From NCBI GenBank assembly GCA_963974645.1, contig CAXBEA010000007.1:191-64190 (forward strand): a DNA stretch of 64,000 bases. The letters run 5' to 3'. Of this stretch, positions 45,382 to 55,706 are shown piece after piece; within the stretch, counting starts at the first letter, position 1; each line of letters opens with the position of its first letter. This stretch comes from an uncultured Neptunomonas sp. (GTDB lineage: Bacteria > Pseudomonadota > Gammaproteobacteria > Pseudomonadales > Balneatricaceae). Both the position numbers and the translations under genes were made by a program. A model generated the notes under the pieces. That model saw nothing but the letters and a program-made list of their open reading frames with translations. It ran no database searches and had not been told where the DNA came from.

Positions 45382-47464
45382 TACCGAACTGCGCCCTTTA
45401 GACCAGATCTCCGTATCCCGGCTCAAAGGGGTAGGTGCAGCGATGCAGCTAAAGCTGGAGAAGCTGGGGCTGGAAACCCTCCAGGATCTGCTGTTTCATC
45501 TGCCGTTGCGGTACCAGGATAGGACCCGGATTCTGGCCATCGGTCAGCTGCGCCCAGGCGACGAAGCCGTCATTGAGGGAACGCTGGTCAGCTGTGATCT
45601 GCTGATGGGACGCCGTCGCAGCCTACGCTGCGTGCTACGCGATGCGAGCGGCAGCATCGCCCTGCGCTTCTTTCACTTCAGTGCTGCACAGAAAAACAAC
45701 CTCAAGCCCGGCATCAAGCTGCGCTGCTTTGGCGAGGCCCGTGTCGGCAGTGGCGGACTAGAGATCTACCACCCCGAATATAAAACTCTGGACCAGGCAG
45801 CGCAGGCACCGATCAGCACCACCTTAACTCCCACCTATCCTGCTACCGAAGGACTGACCCAGACCCGGATCCGCAGCCTGTGCGGCCAGGCACTGCAGTT
45901 CATGGAACAGCAGGGAGGATTGCAAGAGTGGCTTCCCGAGGCCTTGCGCCAGCAGTATGCACTCAGCGATCTGAATGCTGCCGTGCGCTATCTGCATAGC
46001 CCCCCGGTCGGCACCGATCTGCAACAACTGGCCGAAGCACGCCACCCTGCCCAGCGTCGGCTGGCATTCGAAGAGCTGCTGGCGCATCACCTCAGTTTGC
46101 TCCGGCTGCGCCGCCAACAGCAACAGCACAGCGCGCCTGGACTCAACACCCAGGGCAGCCTGATCAATGACTTCCTGGCGCAGCTACCCTTTGCCCTGAC
46201 CGGCGCTCAGCAACGGGTCTGGAATGAAGTCAGCCGCGACCTGGCGCAACCGATTCCGATGTTGCGCCTGGTCCAGGGCGATGTCGGCTCCGGGAAAACG
46301 GTGGTGGCCGCGCTCAGCGCGCTGCAAGCGATAGAGTCGGGCTACCAGGCGGCAGTGATGGCACCGACCGAAATTCTTGCTGAGCAGCATATGCTCAACT
46401 TCCGCAACTGGTTTGAACCGCTCGGATTAGAGGTCGACTGGCTCGCCGGACGGCTCAAAGGCAAAAAACGTAGCGAAGCACTGGAACGGATCGGATCGGG
46501 TCAAGCCCAGGTGGTGATCGGCACCCATGCGCTGTTTCAGGAGCAGGTTCAGTTCCACTGCCTGGGCGCGATCGTGGTCGACGAGCAGCACCGTTTTGGC
46601 GTCCATCAGCGCCTGGCACTGCGCGAAAAGGGCCGCGATGGTTTGGTACCGCACCAGCTGATCATGACCGCCACCCCCATTCCCCGCACCCTGACCATGA
46701 GTGCCTACGCCGACCTCGACTGCTCGGTGATCGATGAACTGCCGCCCGGACGCACCCCGGTCAACACGGTGCTGATCTCGGACCAGCGCCGTGACCAGGT
46801 GGTCGCCCGGGTCCGCGCCGCCTGCACCGAGGGTCGCCAAACCTACTGGGTCTGCACCCTGATCGAAGAATCGGAAACGCTGCAGTGCCAGGCCGCCGAG
46901 GTGACCGCCACCGAGCTGACCAGCGCGCTACCCGAACTGCGGATCGGACTGATCCACGGACGGATGAAAGCGCCAGAAAAGGCCGAGGTGATGAACCGTT
47001 TTAAAACCCGGCAACTGGATCTGCTGGTTGCCACCACGGTAATCGAGGTCGGTGTCGACGTCCCCAACGCCAGCCTGATGATTATCGAAAATCCCGAACG
47101 GCTGGGATTGGCCCAGCTGCACCAGCTGCGAGGCCGGGTCGGCCGCGGCTCGGTTGCCAGCCACTGCGTGCTGATGTACCACAACCCGCTGTCACAGCAG
47201 AGCCGCGAGCGGTTGCAGGTGATGCGCGAAACTAACGACGGTTTTCTGATTGCCGAAAAAGATTTGGAACTACGGGGTCCCGGTGAGGTGTTAGGGACCC
47301 GCCAAACCGGGATGATGCAGTTCCGCATCGCCGATCTGGAGCGCGATGCAGACCTGCTGGAGCAGGTCAAAGCCGTCGCCAGCCAGATCGAGCACCTGCG
47401 CCAAAACTGCGATGGGATTATCCGTCGCTGGCTAGCGCAGGGGGAGCAGTACGGGAATGTCTAG
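45374..47464 (+). CDS. recG: ATP-dependent DNA helicase RecG
   Basis: Wedge domain region, Walker A GDVGSGKT, DEQH box (VVDEQHRFG) and the TRG-type motif QLRGRVGRG. I chose the ATG at 45374, which overlaps the oxyR stop (ATGACTGA). Confidence 0.93.
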   Translation: MTDTELRPLDQISVSRLKGVGAAMQLKLEKLGLETLQDLLFHLPLRYQDRTRILAIGQLRPGDEAVIEGTLVSCDLLMGRRRSLRCVLRDASGSIALRFFHFSAAQKNNLKPGIKLRCFGEARVGSGGLEIYHPEYKTLDQAAQAPISTTLTPTYPATEGLTQTRIRSLCGQALQFMEQQGGLQEWLPEALRQQYALSDLNAAVRYLHSPPVGTDLQQLAEARHPAQRRLAFEELLAHHLSLLRLRRQQQQHSAPGLNTQGSLINDFLAQLPFALTGAQQRVWNEVSRDLAQPIPMLRLVQGDVGSGKTVVAALSALQAIESGYQAAVMAPTEILAEQHMLNFRNWFEPLGLEVDWLAGRLKGKKRSEALERIGSGQAQVVIGTHALFQEQVQFHCLGAIVVDEQHRFGVHQRLALREKGRDGLVPHQLIMTATPIPRTLTMSAYADLDCSVIDELPPGRTPVNTVLISDQRRDQVVARVRAACTEGRQTYWVCTLIEESETLQCQAAEVTATELTSALPELRIGLIHGRMKAPEKAEVMNRFKTRQLDLLVATTVIEVGVDVPNASLMIIENPERLGLAQLHQLRGRVGRGSVASHCVLMYHNPLSQQSRERLQVMRETNDGFLIAEKDLELRGPGEVLGTRQTGMMQFRIADLERDADLLEQVKAVASQIEHLRQNCDGIIRRWLAQGEQYGNV

Positions 47465-47524
47465 CCCTGCCGTTCTCTGGGTTGAGTTTTAATCCGGCAT
47501 CAATCCGACATCCGCCGGGTCAAC

Positions 47525-47626
47525 GTCGGAATAAATTCCGACTTACAGGATCAGGGGTTGTGGGTCGGAATTTATTCCGACGCGGATTTTGCAGGGTCAC
47601 GCTAGGCTGTCGGGTTAAAACCCGAC
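47525..47626. repeat. Three REP-like perfect 18-bp palindromes between convergent recG and rep
   Basis: GTCGGAATAAATTCCGAC (47525-47542), GTCGGAATTTATTCCGAC (47564-47581) and GTCGGGTTAAAACCCGAC (47609-47626). The last one abuts the rep stop codon. Confidence 0.85.
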
Positions 47627-49639
47627 CTACTTCAGCAGATCCCGCAAACTGCTCAGGGTCGCCCGGCCCTGGGCTTTGTTCTCGACCTCGCAGCCCGGAT
47701 CGCGACCGAACCACTCCAGATCCTCTTCGGGCAGCTCATCCAGAAAACGGCTCGGTACGGTATCGATCAACTCGCCATACTGCTTGCGTTGACGGGTCAG
47801 GGTCAGGGTCAGGGTTTTGCGTGCGCGGGTGATTCCCACGTAAGCCAAGCGCCGCTCCTCCTCGACAAAATCATCCTCGATACTATTGCGATGCGGCAGC
47901 AACTCCTCCTCCATGCCGATCAGGTAGACGTGCGGGTACTCCAGTCCTTTCGAGGCGTGCAGCGTCGATAGCTGCACCCGGTCGTCATCCTCGTCTTCCT
48001 CCTGTTGCTCCAGCATATCGATCAGCAACAAACGGGTCACTGCATCATCGATCTCGGCATCGGGATTGTCCTCCTGCAACCGCTCCAGGGTCCGCTGCAG
48101 CGAATCGACCAGAAAGCCAACATTGGCCATCCGCCGCTCCGCCTGGAGCTCTGAATTACAGTTTTGGTAGGTCCAGGCTTCGTAATCGATATCGCGGATC
48201 ATCTGCTTGATCACCTCGATAGGATCGTTCTGATAACAGCGCTGATGCACCGCTTTTAGCCAGTGGCTAAACTCATGCAATTTTGCCTGGGCCCGCGCCG
48301 ACAGCACCTGGGTCAGCCCCAGCTCGCCGCAGGCCTCAAACATACTGACCTTGCGTTCGGTCGCATAGCTGGCGAGTTTTTCCAGGGTTCCTGGACCTAT
48401 CTCGCGCCTGGGCAGATTGATGATGCGCAGGAAGGCGTTATCATCGTCGGGGTTAATCAGCACCTTCAGATACCCCATGATGTCCTTGACCTCGGCGCGG
48501 GAAAAAAACGAGGTGCCGCCACTGAGTTTGTAGGGGATCTGATTGACCTGCAGCTTCATCTCGATCAGCCGCGACTGGTGATTACCGCGGTAGAGAATGG
48601 CGTAATCGCGGTAGTGGTTTTGCAGCCGCAGCCGTCGCTCGATAATATCTGCCGCGATTCGTTCCGCTTCGGCGTCCTCGTTGCGATTGACGATTACTCG
48701 CAGCGGATCACCCGAACCCATCTCGCTCCAGAGGGTTTTCTCAAACTCGTGCGGGTTGTTCATGATCAGCTGGTTGGCCGCCTTGAGGATGCGGCTGGTA
48801 GAGCGATAATTCTGCTCCAGCATCACCACTTTCAGCGACGGGAAATCGGTTTTTAGCAGCGCCAGGTTCTCGGGCCGAGCACCGCGCCAGGCATAGATCG
48901 ACTGGTCATCGTCACCCACAACCGTCAAACCGCCGCGAATCCCCACCAGTAGTTTAACCATCAGGTACTGACTGGTGTTGGTATCCTGATACTCGTCTAC
49001 CAACAGATAACGGATCTTGCGCTGCCAGCGCTCCAGCACATCGGAACGCTGCTGAAACAGCAGTGTCGGGATCAAGATCAGGTCGTCAAAATCAACCGCA
49101 TTGTAGGCGCGCAGACTGCGGTTATAACTGGCATAAACGCGCGCCGCCAGCTCTTCATTCGGGTTCTGCGCCTGCTGGTAAGCACGGTCGGGGCCGATCA
49201 GGTCATTTTTCCAGCTGGAGATCAGATGCTGGATGGTATCGACCAGATCGGTCTCCTCCAGATTATCTTTCTGCATCAAGCCTTTGATCAGCGCATTGGC
49301 GTCCTGGGCATCAAAGATCGAAAAACCCGGTTTGAACCCCAGCAACTTGTGCTCGCGGCGGATAATGTTCAGACCCAGGTTGTGGAAAGTTGAAACCGTT
49401 AGCCCCCGCGAAGCAGGCCCCTTGACCAGTTTTCCAACCCGCTCCTTCATCTCCCGCGAGGCTTTATTGGTAAAGGTCACCGCCGCGATATGGTGCGCCT
49501 TGATGCCGCAGGTCTCTATCAGGTAGGCGATCTTGCGGGTGATCACGCTGGTCTTGCCGCTACCGGCACCGGCCAGCACCAGCAGTGGGCCGTCAACGTA
49601 AAGTACCGCCTCTTTCTGGCGGGGATTGAGAGTACTCAC
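47627..49639 (-). CDS. rep: ATP-dependent DNA helicase Rep
   Basis: LNPRQKEAV..GPLLVLAGAGSGKTSVIT.KIAYLI...G....HIAAVTFTNKASREMKERV closely parallels E. coli Rep. VDEYQDTN is present. 670 aa. Confidence 0.9.
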   Translation of the reverse strand: MSTLNPRQKEAVLYVDGPLLVLAGAGSGKTSVITRKIAYLIETCGIKAHHIAAVTFTNKASREMKERVGKLVKGPASRGLTVSTFHNLGLNIIRREHKLLGFKPGFSIFDAQDANALIKGLMQKDNLEETDLVDTIQHLISSWKNDLIGPDRAYQQAQNPNEELAARVYASYNRSLRAYNAVDFDDLILIPTLLFQQRSDVLERWQRKIRYLLVDEYQDTNTSQYLMVKLLVGIRGGLTVVGDDDQSIYAWRGARPENLALLKTDFPSLKVVMLEQNYRSTSRILKAANQLIMNNPHEFEKTLWSEMGSGDPLRVIVNRNEDAEAERIAADIIERRLRLQNHYRDYAILYRGNHQSRLIEMKLQVNQIPYKLSGGTSFFSRAEVKDIMGYLKVLINPDDDNAFLRIINLPRREIGPGTLEKLASYATERKVSMFEACGELGLTQVLSARAQAKLHEFSHWLKAVHQRCYQNDPIEVIKQMIRDIDYEAWTYQNCNSELQAERRMANVGFLVDSLQRTLERLQEDNPDAEIDDAVTRLLLIDMLEQQEEDEDDDRVQLSTLHASKGLEYPHVYLIGMEEELLPHRNSIEDDFVEEERRLAYVGITRARKTLTLTLTRQRKQYGELIDTVPSRFLDELPEEDLEWFGRDPGCEVENKAQGRATLSSLRDLLK

Positions 49640-49837
49640 GACTACGAATCTCTAGTTAAAAATGGCGCTTTGCTAGTCAGGTAAAGACTACAAGCCTGCG
49701 ATTAGGGATAGTTATTGGTTTAAAGAAATAGCCAGCTGGGCCGATATTAGATAGATTAAGGATCATCGATACCAAGGAGGGGGTCATTCTACAGCCCAGG
49801 GAGAGGGAATCATACTAGCCGGACATGTTGAGAAGTC

Positions 49838-51595
49838 ATGCCAACGGGCAATAATAACAACAATAATACTCCCCATCTCTTGATCATCGCTCCGGTAACA
49901 CCCGTCTATCAAGCGATAGTCTGGCCGCTATTGCAGGCTCCGGTACCCGGCTATCGACTGACCTGGTGCCTGTCAATTAAAGAAGCACTGGTTCAGGGAC
50001 GCAATTCGAATTTCGATCTGATCCTTCTCGCCGATAGTATCGCCGACCATCCGCATCATAACTACCTCCAGCAAGCCCGCCGGTTGCAGCTGCATATTCC
50101 GTTGATGATTATCGGTGAGCACATCCAGCCTCAGAGAGAAGAGCGCTATCTTGCCAATGGTGCTATCGATGTCCTGGAACTGTCCCAGATCAGCCTTAGC
50201 CTACTGCGCCAATCCTTCCGCTACGCCGAACGCTTGCATCAGCGCGACAATCAGATCAAGAACCTGCGTCTGTTTGACGAGCTCACCGGTTCACCCTCGC
50301 GGTTGAGCTTCACCCAGCAGCTCAGCCAGCAATTTGAGTCCGCCCAGAACAATCATCAACGGCTGGGGTTAATGACCCTGAATATCGATGGATTCAAGCG
50401 CGTTAACAACGCCTTGGGCCCAGAGGTTGGGGACGAAATAATCAGCAAGGTCGCCTCGCGCTTGCAAGCAGGTCTGGAGCCCAGGCAGGAACTTGCCCGT
50501 GTGGGTGATAATCAGTTCACGCTACTGGTGCAGGGCGACGATGTGGAATCCAGCCTGACCAAACTGATCGAACGCATCTGCTATCTGCATCAACGTCCCT
50601 ACCGCGTTCAAGGGCACAACCTGGCCTTTGGGATCAGTATTGGCTGCGCCATCTACCCCGATAGCGCCAGCGATATGGGCAGTCTGATACGCCATTCCGG
50701 ATCAGCGCTGCATCTGGCAAAAAAAGAGCGCGGCTGCACCTCCCGTTTTTATCAAGAAAGCAACTACGAGGACGCGGTCAATCTGATCACTCTGGAGCCC
50801 GAGCTGCTCAACGCGTTACGCCAAGAGCAGTTTGTGCTCCATTACCAACCCAGAATAGATCTCAACAGCGGTCGTATTGTCGGCGCAGAAGCGCTCATCC
50901 GCTGGCAACACCCGCAAAAAGGGCTGCTGTACCCCGATACGTTTATCCCCATGGCGGAAAAATCGGGCTTGATCGTCCCCATGGGTTACTGGGTGTTTAA
51001 CCAAGCCCTGAAAGATATCAAACTGCTCGATGCAAAAGATTGCAGCCTGAATAAAATCGGTATCAACCTCTCTTTTCGGCAGTTTCAGGACGATACCCTG
51101 GTGCCCACAATCGGCCGATTATTGACCCACAGCGGGATCCATCCTGGACGGATCGAATTCGAGCTGACCGAAACCTCGGTGGCGCTAAACGAACAGCATG
51201 TCAGCCTCTGTATTGCCGATCTCAGCACCCTGGGTGTGACCTTCTCGCTGGATGATTTCGGCACCGGTTACTCCTCCTTTGCCCATCTGCAAAAACTACC
51301 GATCAACACCCTCAAGATCGATCGCTCTTTTGTCAGCGGGGTCACCGAGAATCCTGACGATGCAGAGATTGTCCGCGCCATTATCAACCTGGCTCACAAC
51401 CTGCGTAAGGATGTAATCGCCGAGGGGGCCGAAACCGCCGAGCAGGTCGACTTCTTAAAGCGCAATCAGTGTGATCAGGTGCAAGGCTATTACTTCAGCA
51501 AGCCCGTTGCCCTGCCTTTGCTATTTAAACAGCTAAAAAAACAGCGTTTATCGGAAGGGCCGGAGCAATATCCAGCACTGGAGCTGCGCGTATAA
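49838..51595 (+). CDS. REC-like / degenerate GGDEF / EAL signalling protein (probable c-di-GMP phosphodiesterase)
   Basis: The GGDEF position reads GDNQF. EAL-domain motifs are intact (EALIRW, DDFGTGYSS, LKIDRSF, EGAE). The N-terminus has an Asn6 run. Confidence 0.85.
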   Translation: MPTGNNNNNNTPHLLIIAPVTPVYQAIVWPLLQAPVPGYRLTWCLSIKEALVQGRNSNFDLILLADSIADHPHHNYLQQARRLQLHIPLMIIGEHIQPQREERYLANGAIDVLELSQISLSLLRQSFRYAERLHQRDNQIKNLRLFDELTGSPSRLSFTQQLSQQFESAQNNHQRLGLMTLNIDGFKRVNNALGPEVGDEIISKVASRLQAGLEPRQELARVGDNQFTLLVQGDDVESSLTKLIERICYLHQRPYRVQGHNLAFGISIGCAIYPDSASDMGSLIRHSGSALHLAKKERGCTSRFYQESNYEDAVNLITLEPELLNALRQEQFVLHYQPRIDLNSGRIVGAEALIRWQHPQKGLLYPDTFIPMAEKSGLIVPMGYWVFNQALKDIKLLDAKDCSLNKIGINLSFRQFQDDTLVPTIGRLLTHSGIHPGRIEFELTETSVALNEQHVSLCIADLSTLGVTFSLDDFGTGYSSFAHLQKLPINTLKIDRSFVSGVTENPDDAEIVRAIINLAHNLRKDVIAEGAETAEQVDFLKRNQCDQVQGYYFSKPVALPLLFKQLKKQRLSEGPEQYPALELRV

Positions 51596-51631
51596 AATGT
51601 AACCAGGAGCCCAATTTAAAGGGATTGAGGA

Positions 51632-53143
51632 CTATGGATTCACCACCGCACGGTCCAATTTCCGATAACTGAGCGACTCCAGCAGCTGGGGTCGCTGTAC
51701 CAGATTAGACTCGGCCAGATCCGCCAGGGTACGTGCCACCCGGAGTACCCGGTGATAGGCCCTTGCCGAAAGCCCCAAGCGATTCAGCGCCTGCTCCATC
51801 ATCAAACGATCTGCTCGGCTTAACCGACAGTCCTGCTCGACCTCCCGACCACTGAGCTGACTATTGAGTTTGCCACGCCGGTCCAGCTGGCGTTGTCGAG
51901 CCTGCTGTACCCGTAAGCTGACCTGGGCGGAGGTTTCAACCGCTACCGTATCGGCGGTCAGCTCTCCTTCGGCCAGCGCCGCTACTTCGACATGCAGATC
52001 CAGTCGGTCCAGCAAAGGGCCGGATATCTTGCCTTGATAGCGGCGCACCAGATCAGGGCTGCAATGACAGCGCCCACGTGGATCGCCGTAGTAGCCGCAG
52101 GGGCAAGGATTCATCGCGGCAATTAGCTGAAAGCGGGCGGGGAAGGTCACCTGGGCGCGAGCACGAGAGATACACACCTGCCCCGACTCCATCGGCTGGC
52201 GCAACACCTCCAGTACCTTGCGATCAAACTCAGTCAGCTCATCCAAAAACAGCACGCCGTGATTCGCCAGCGATATCTCCCCTGGCCGAGGAGTACTGCC
52301 ACCGCCTACCAGAGCGACCCCAGAAACCGTATGATGCGGCTGCCGAAACGGGCGCTGCTGACTCAAAATCGCGCCCTGCGGCTGCGAGGCGACCGAGAGT
52401 ATCGATGCCACATCCAGATGCTCCTGCACGGTAAGCGGCGGTAGCAAGCCAGGCAACCGGCTGGCGAGCATGGTTTTGCCGGTACCGGGAGGACCGACCA
52501 TCAGCAAACTATGGCTGCCGGCTGCGGCAACCTCCAACGCTCGCTTGGCCTGAAACTGACCTTTCACTTCGGCTAGATCCAGAACAAAGCTCAGCGTGGG
52601 TAGAGCAGGTGCAGGAGTCGCTTCGATCTTTGTATGCCCAAGCAGATGGGCGCAGGCGTGCAATAGATGAGGGGCGCCTATCACTGTAGCCTGGGAAGCT
52701 AATGCCGCTTCTTCGGCACAGGCAGCAGGTAGCAGCAAAGCACGCCCGGCAGCTGCCGCCTGAATCGCGACCGGTAGAACCCCGGGAACAGCACGCAGCT
52801 CTCCCGACAGTGCCAGCTCGCCGATCACCTCATAGCCTGACAGTTCAGCTTGAGGAATCTGCCCTGAGGCGCAGAGGATACCCAGCGCAATCGCCAAATC
52901 GTAGCGACCGCCCTCTTTAGGAAGATCGGCAGGCGCCAGATTGACGGTAATGCGTCGCATCGGGTAGTCGAATCGAGCGTTGAGCAGGGCGCTGCGAACG
53001 CGATCCTTGGATTCTTTTACTGCAGTCTCAGGCAGGCCCACTATCGACAGCCCGGGCAAGCCATTACTCAAGTGAACCTCGACCGTAACCGAGGGTGCTT
53101 CTATCCCGAGCAGTGCTCGGCTATGGACGATCGCAAGCGACAT
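51632..53143 (-). CDS. comM: YifB/ComM-family Mg-chelatase-like AAA+ ATPase
   Basis: Lon-protease-like N-domain, Walker A GPPGTGKT, VLFLDEL, and a C-terminal helical domain. Confidence 0.9.
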   Translation of the reverse strand: MSLAIVHSRALLGIEAPSVTVEVHLSNGLPGLSIVGLPETAVKESKDRVRSALLNARFDYPMRRITVNLAPADLPKEGGRYDLAIALGILCASGQIPQAELSGYEVIGELALSGELRAVPGVLPVAIQAAAAGRALLLPAACAEEAALASQATVIGAPHLLHACAHLLGHTKIEATPAPALPTLSFVLDLAEVKGQFQAKRALEVAAAGSHSLLMVGPPGTGKTMLASRLPGLLPPLTVQEHLDVASILSVASQPQGAILSQQRPFRQPHHTVSGVALVGGGSTPRPGEISLANHGVLFLDELTEFDRKVLEVLRQPMESGQVCISRARAQVTFPARFQLIAAMNPCPCGYYGDPRGRCHCSPDLVRRYQGKISGPLLDRLDLHVEVAALAEGELTADTVAVETSAQVSLRVQQARQRQLDRRGKLNSQLSGREVEQDCRLSRADRLMMEQALNRLGLSARAYHRVLRVARTLADLAESNLVQRPQLLESLSYRKLDRAVVNP

Positions 53144-53285
53144 GGTTCTTCCTTGAACACACCAGCAACTGAATACTTATTTAATGGCAATTAACTATAA
53201 ATCTAACAACCACTTAATGACGATTAAATACAAATTTAATAATCCCGGCTGGTTGCAGCCTGGTTCCAACCCTAGCTTTTGAGCC

Positions 53286-53546
53286 TTAATTCGGGCCGTT
53301 TTGATCCGAAGAGCTCTCCAGTTCGGCAACCCGTTTGGCCAGCTCATCAACCAGAGAGCGGGTCCGCATCAGCACCTCCTGCTGGGTATCGAACTCTTCG
53401 CGGGTCACCAGCTCAAGCCTAGAAAATGCACTCTGCACAATCAAATTAATACTGTTACGGATCTCCTGCTGGGTCCGTTTTGGGCCTTCGCCCAGCAGCT
53501 GAGTCAGCTGATCATTCAGCCCCTCAAACAACTTGGATGGGATCAT
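53286..53546 (-). CDS. ubiK: UbiK/YqiC-family accessory factor (coiled coil)
   Basis: LELVTREEFDTQQEVLMRTRSLVDELAKRVAELE is typical of the family. Start trimmed to MIPSKLFEG. The longest ORF starts at 53579. Confidence 0.75.
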   Translation of the reverse strand: MIPSKLFEGLNDQLTQLLGEGPKRTQQEIRNSINLIVQSAFSRLELVTREEFDTQQEVLMRTRSLVDELAKRVAELESSSDQNGPN

Positions 53547-53633
53547 TCGATACTCCAAAGATAGTCTAGCGGTCCGCACAGTTTAGCACGCAGCGCAGGC
53601 TCCTATGCCAGCTCAATCTAGCTAATCAATCAT

Positions 53634-53669
53634 GGCGCACTAATGCAGTGCGCGCACCGAGATCGTGCC
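53634..53669. promoter_or_regulatory. Dyad GCGCAC-N7-GTGCGC plus an adjacent GCACC..GTGCC element, a candidate NtrC-type UAS for glnK-amtB
   Basis: The palindrome lies at 53634-53652, about 115-135 nt upstream of the sigma54 element. Confidence 0.35.
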
Positions 53670-53738
53670 TAATTACTGTGCTCTGCTCGCCTGGACCACC
53701 TCGGCCAGAACGCCGAAAAAATCAAATACAACCCATAA

Positions 53739-54197
<459 letters not shown>

Positions 54198-54237
54198 GCG
54201 GCGTAGTTGTCGGTTTAGTTAATCAAGGGGAATCATC

Positions 54238-55503
54238 ATGGAAAACCAAATTTTTCAACTCCAGTACGCGATGGACACCTTCTACTTCCTGGTGTGTGGC
54301 GCACTAGTAATGTGGATGGCAGCAGGCTTCGCGATGCTCGAAGCAGGCCTGGTCCGGTCTAAAAACACCACTGAAATCTTAACCAAAAACGTCGCCCTGT
54401 TTGCGATCTCCTGCATCATGTACATGGTCTGCGGTTACGCCCTGATGTACGGCGGCGAGATCTTCCTGACCGGGATGGGCGAGGTCGATACCGCCGCCGT
54501 GCTGGACGATTTTGCAACGCGTGAAGATGGCTTTGAGGGTGGCTCTATTTACTCGGGCGCATCCGACTTCTTCTTCCAGGTGGTGTTTGTTGCGACCGCG
54601 ATGTCGATCGTCTCCGGTGCGGTGGCCGAGCGGATGAAGCTCTGGGCCTTCCTGGCGTTTGCAGTAGTCATGACCGGGGTGATCTACCCCATGGAAGGTA
54701 ACTGGACCTGGGGTGGCGGTTCTGTATTCGGCATGTATACTCTGGGCGACCTGGGTTTCTCTGACTTTGCCGGTTCCGGCATCGTTCACATGGCCGGTGC
54801 CTCTGCAGCCCTTGCCGGTGTTCTGCTGCTAGGCGCGCGTAAAGGCAAGTACGGCGCTAACGGTTCGATCAATGCGATCCCCGGTGCCAACCTGCCGATG
54901 GCGACGCTGGGTACGTTCATCCTGTGGATGGGCTGGTTCGGCTTCAACGGGGGTTCGGTACTGAAGCTGGGTGATATCTCCAGTGCCCATTCCGTCGCCA
55001 TGGTGTTTCTGAACACCAACGCTGCGGCTGCCGGTGGTGCGATTGCGGCGCTGATCACAGCCCGGATCCTGTTCGGCAAGGCAGATTTGACTATGCTGCT
55101 TAACGGCGCACTGGCGGGTCTGGTTGCTATCACTGCTGAACCTTCAACCCCCACCGCATTACAGGCAACCCTGTTCGGTGCTATCGGCGGCGTTCTGGTG
55201 GTGTTCTCCATCATTACCCTGGACAAGTTACGTATCGATGACCCTGTAGGTGCGATCTCGGTCCACGGTGCTTGTGGTCTGCTAGGTCTGCTGCTGGTTC
55301 CGATCACCAACGGTGACGTCAGCTTTTCCGGCCAGATCATCGGCGCCCTGACCATCTTCGTCTGGGTATTCGGCTTCAGCCTGATCGTCTGGGCTGTACT
55401 CAAGGCGGTTATGGGGATCCGTGTCACCGAAGAGGAAGAGTACGAAGGCGTCGATATTGCCGAGTGCGGTATGGAAGCCTACCCTGAGTTTACTAAAGGC
55501 TAA
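54238..55503 (+). CDS. amtB: Ammonium transporter AmtB
   Basis: Polytopic protein with Amt signatures (DFAGSGIVHM, FGWFGFNGGS, VHGACGLLG). Confidence 0.95.
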   Translation: MENQIFQLQYAMDTFYFLVCGALVMWMAAGFAMLEAGLVRSKNTTEILTKNVALFAISCIMYMVCGYALMYGGEIFLTGMGEVDTAAVLDDFATREDGFEGGSIYSGASDFFFQVVFVATAMSIVSGAVAERMKLWAFLAFAVVMTGVIYPMEGNWTWGGGSVFGMYTLGDLGFSDFAGSGIVHMAGASAALAGVLLLGARKGKYGANGSINAIPGANLPMATLGTFILWMGWFGFNGGSVLKLGDISSAHSVAMVFLNTNAAAAGGAIAALITARILFGKADLTMLLNGALAGLVAITAEPSTPTALQATLFGAIGGVLVVFSIITLDKLRIDDPVGAISVHGACGLLGLLLVPITNGDVSFSGQIIGALTIFVWVFGFSLIVWAVLKAVMGIRVTEEEEYEGVDIAECGMEAYPEFTKG

Positions 55504-55545
55504 TTAAACCCAGTTATGGTTTAACGACTGGCTGCAATACCCGTT

Positions 55546-55575
55546 GGGCACTCCTGAAAAGAGTGCCCTTTTTTT
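55546..55575 (+). terminator. Rho-independent terminator of amtB
   Basis: GGGCACTC-ctgaaaa-GAGTGCCC followed by TTTTTTT. Confidence 0.85.
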
Positions 55576-55706
55576 ATTCACACTAGTTGCAATTTCCGCT
55601 TGCTGTTAGCGAGCCCGATGCCGTGGCGCAAATAGGGTGATACTCTGGCGCTATCAGGGAGCCAGCAGCGCTCCCTGTTACATCCGCATACAGATACCAG
55701 GCCGCC

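Noticed and set aside
47482-47832. 116-aa plus-strand ORF spanning the recG-rep intergenic palindromes
   Set aside because: It runs through the REP-like hairpins and into the antisense strand of rep. It is a shadow ORF.
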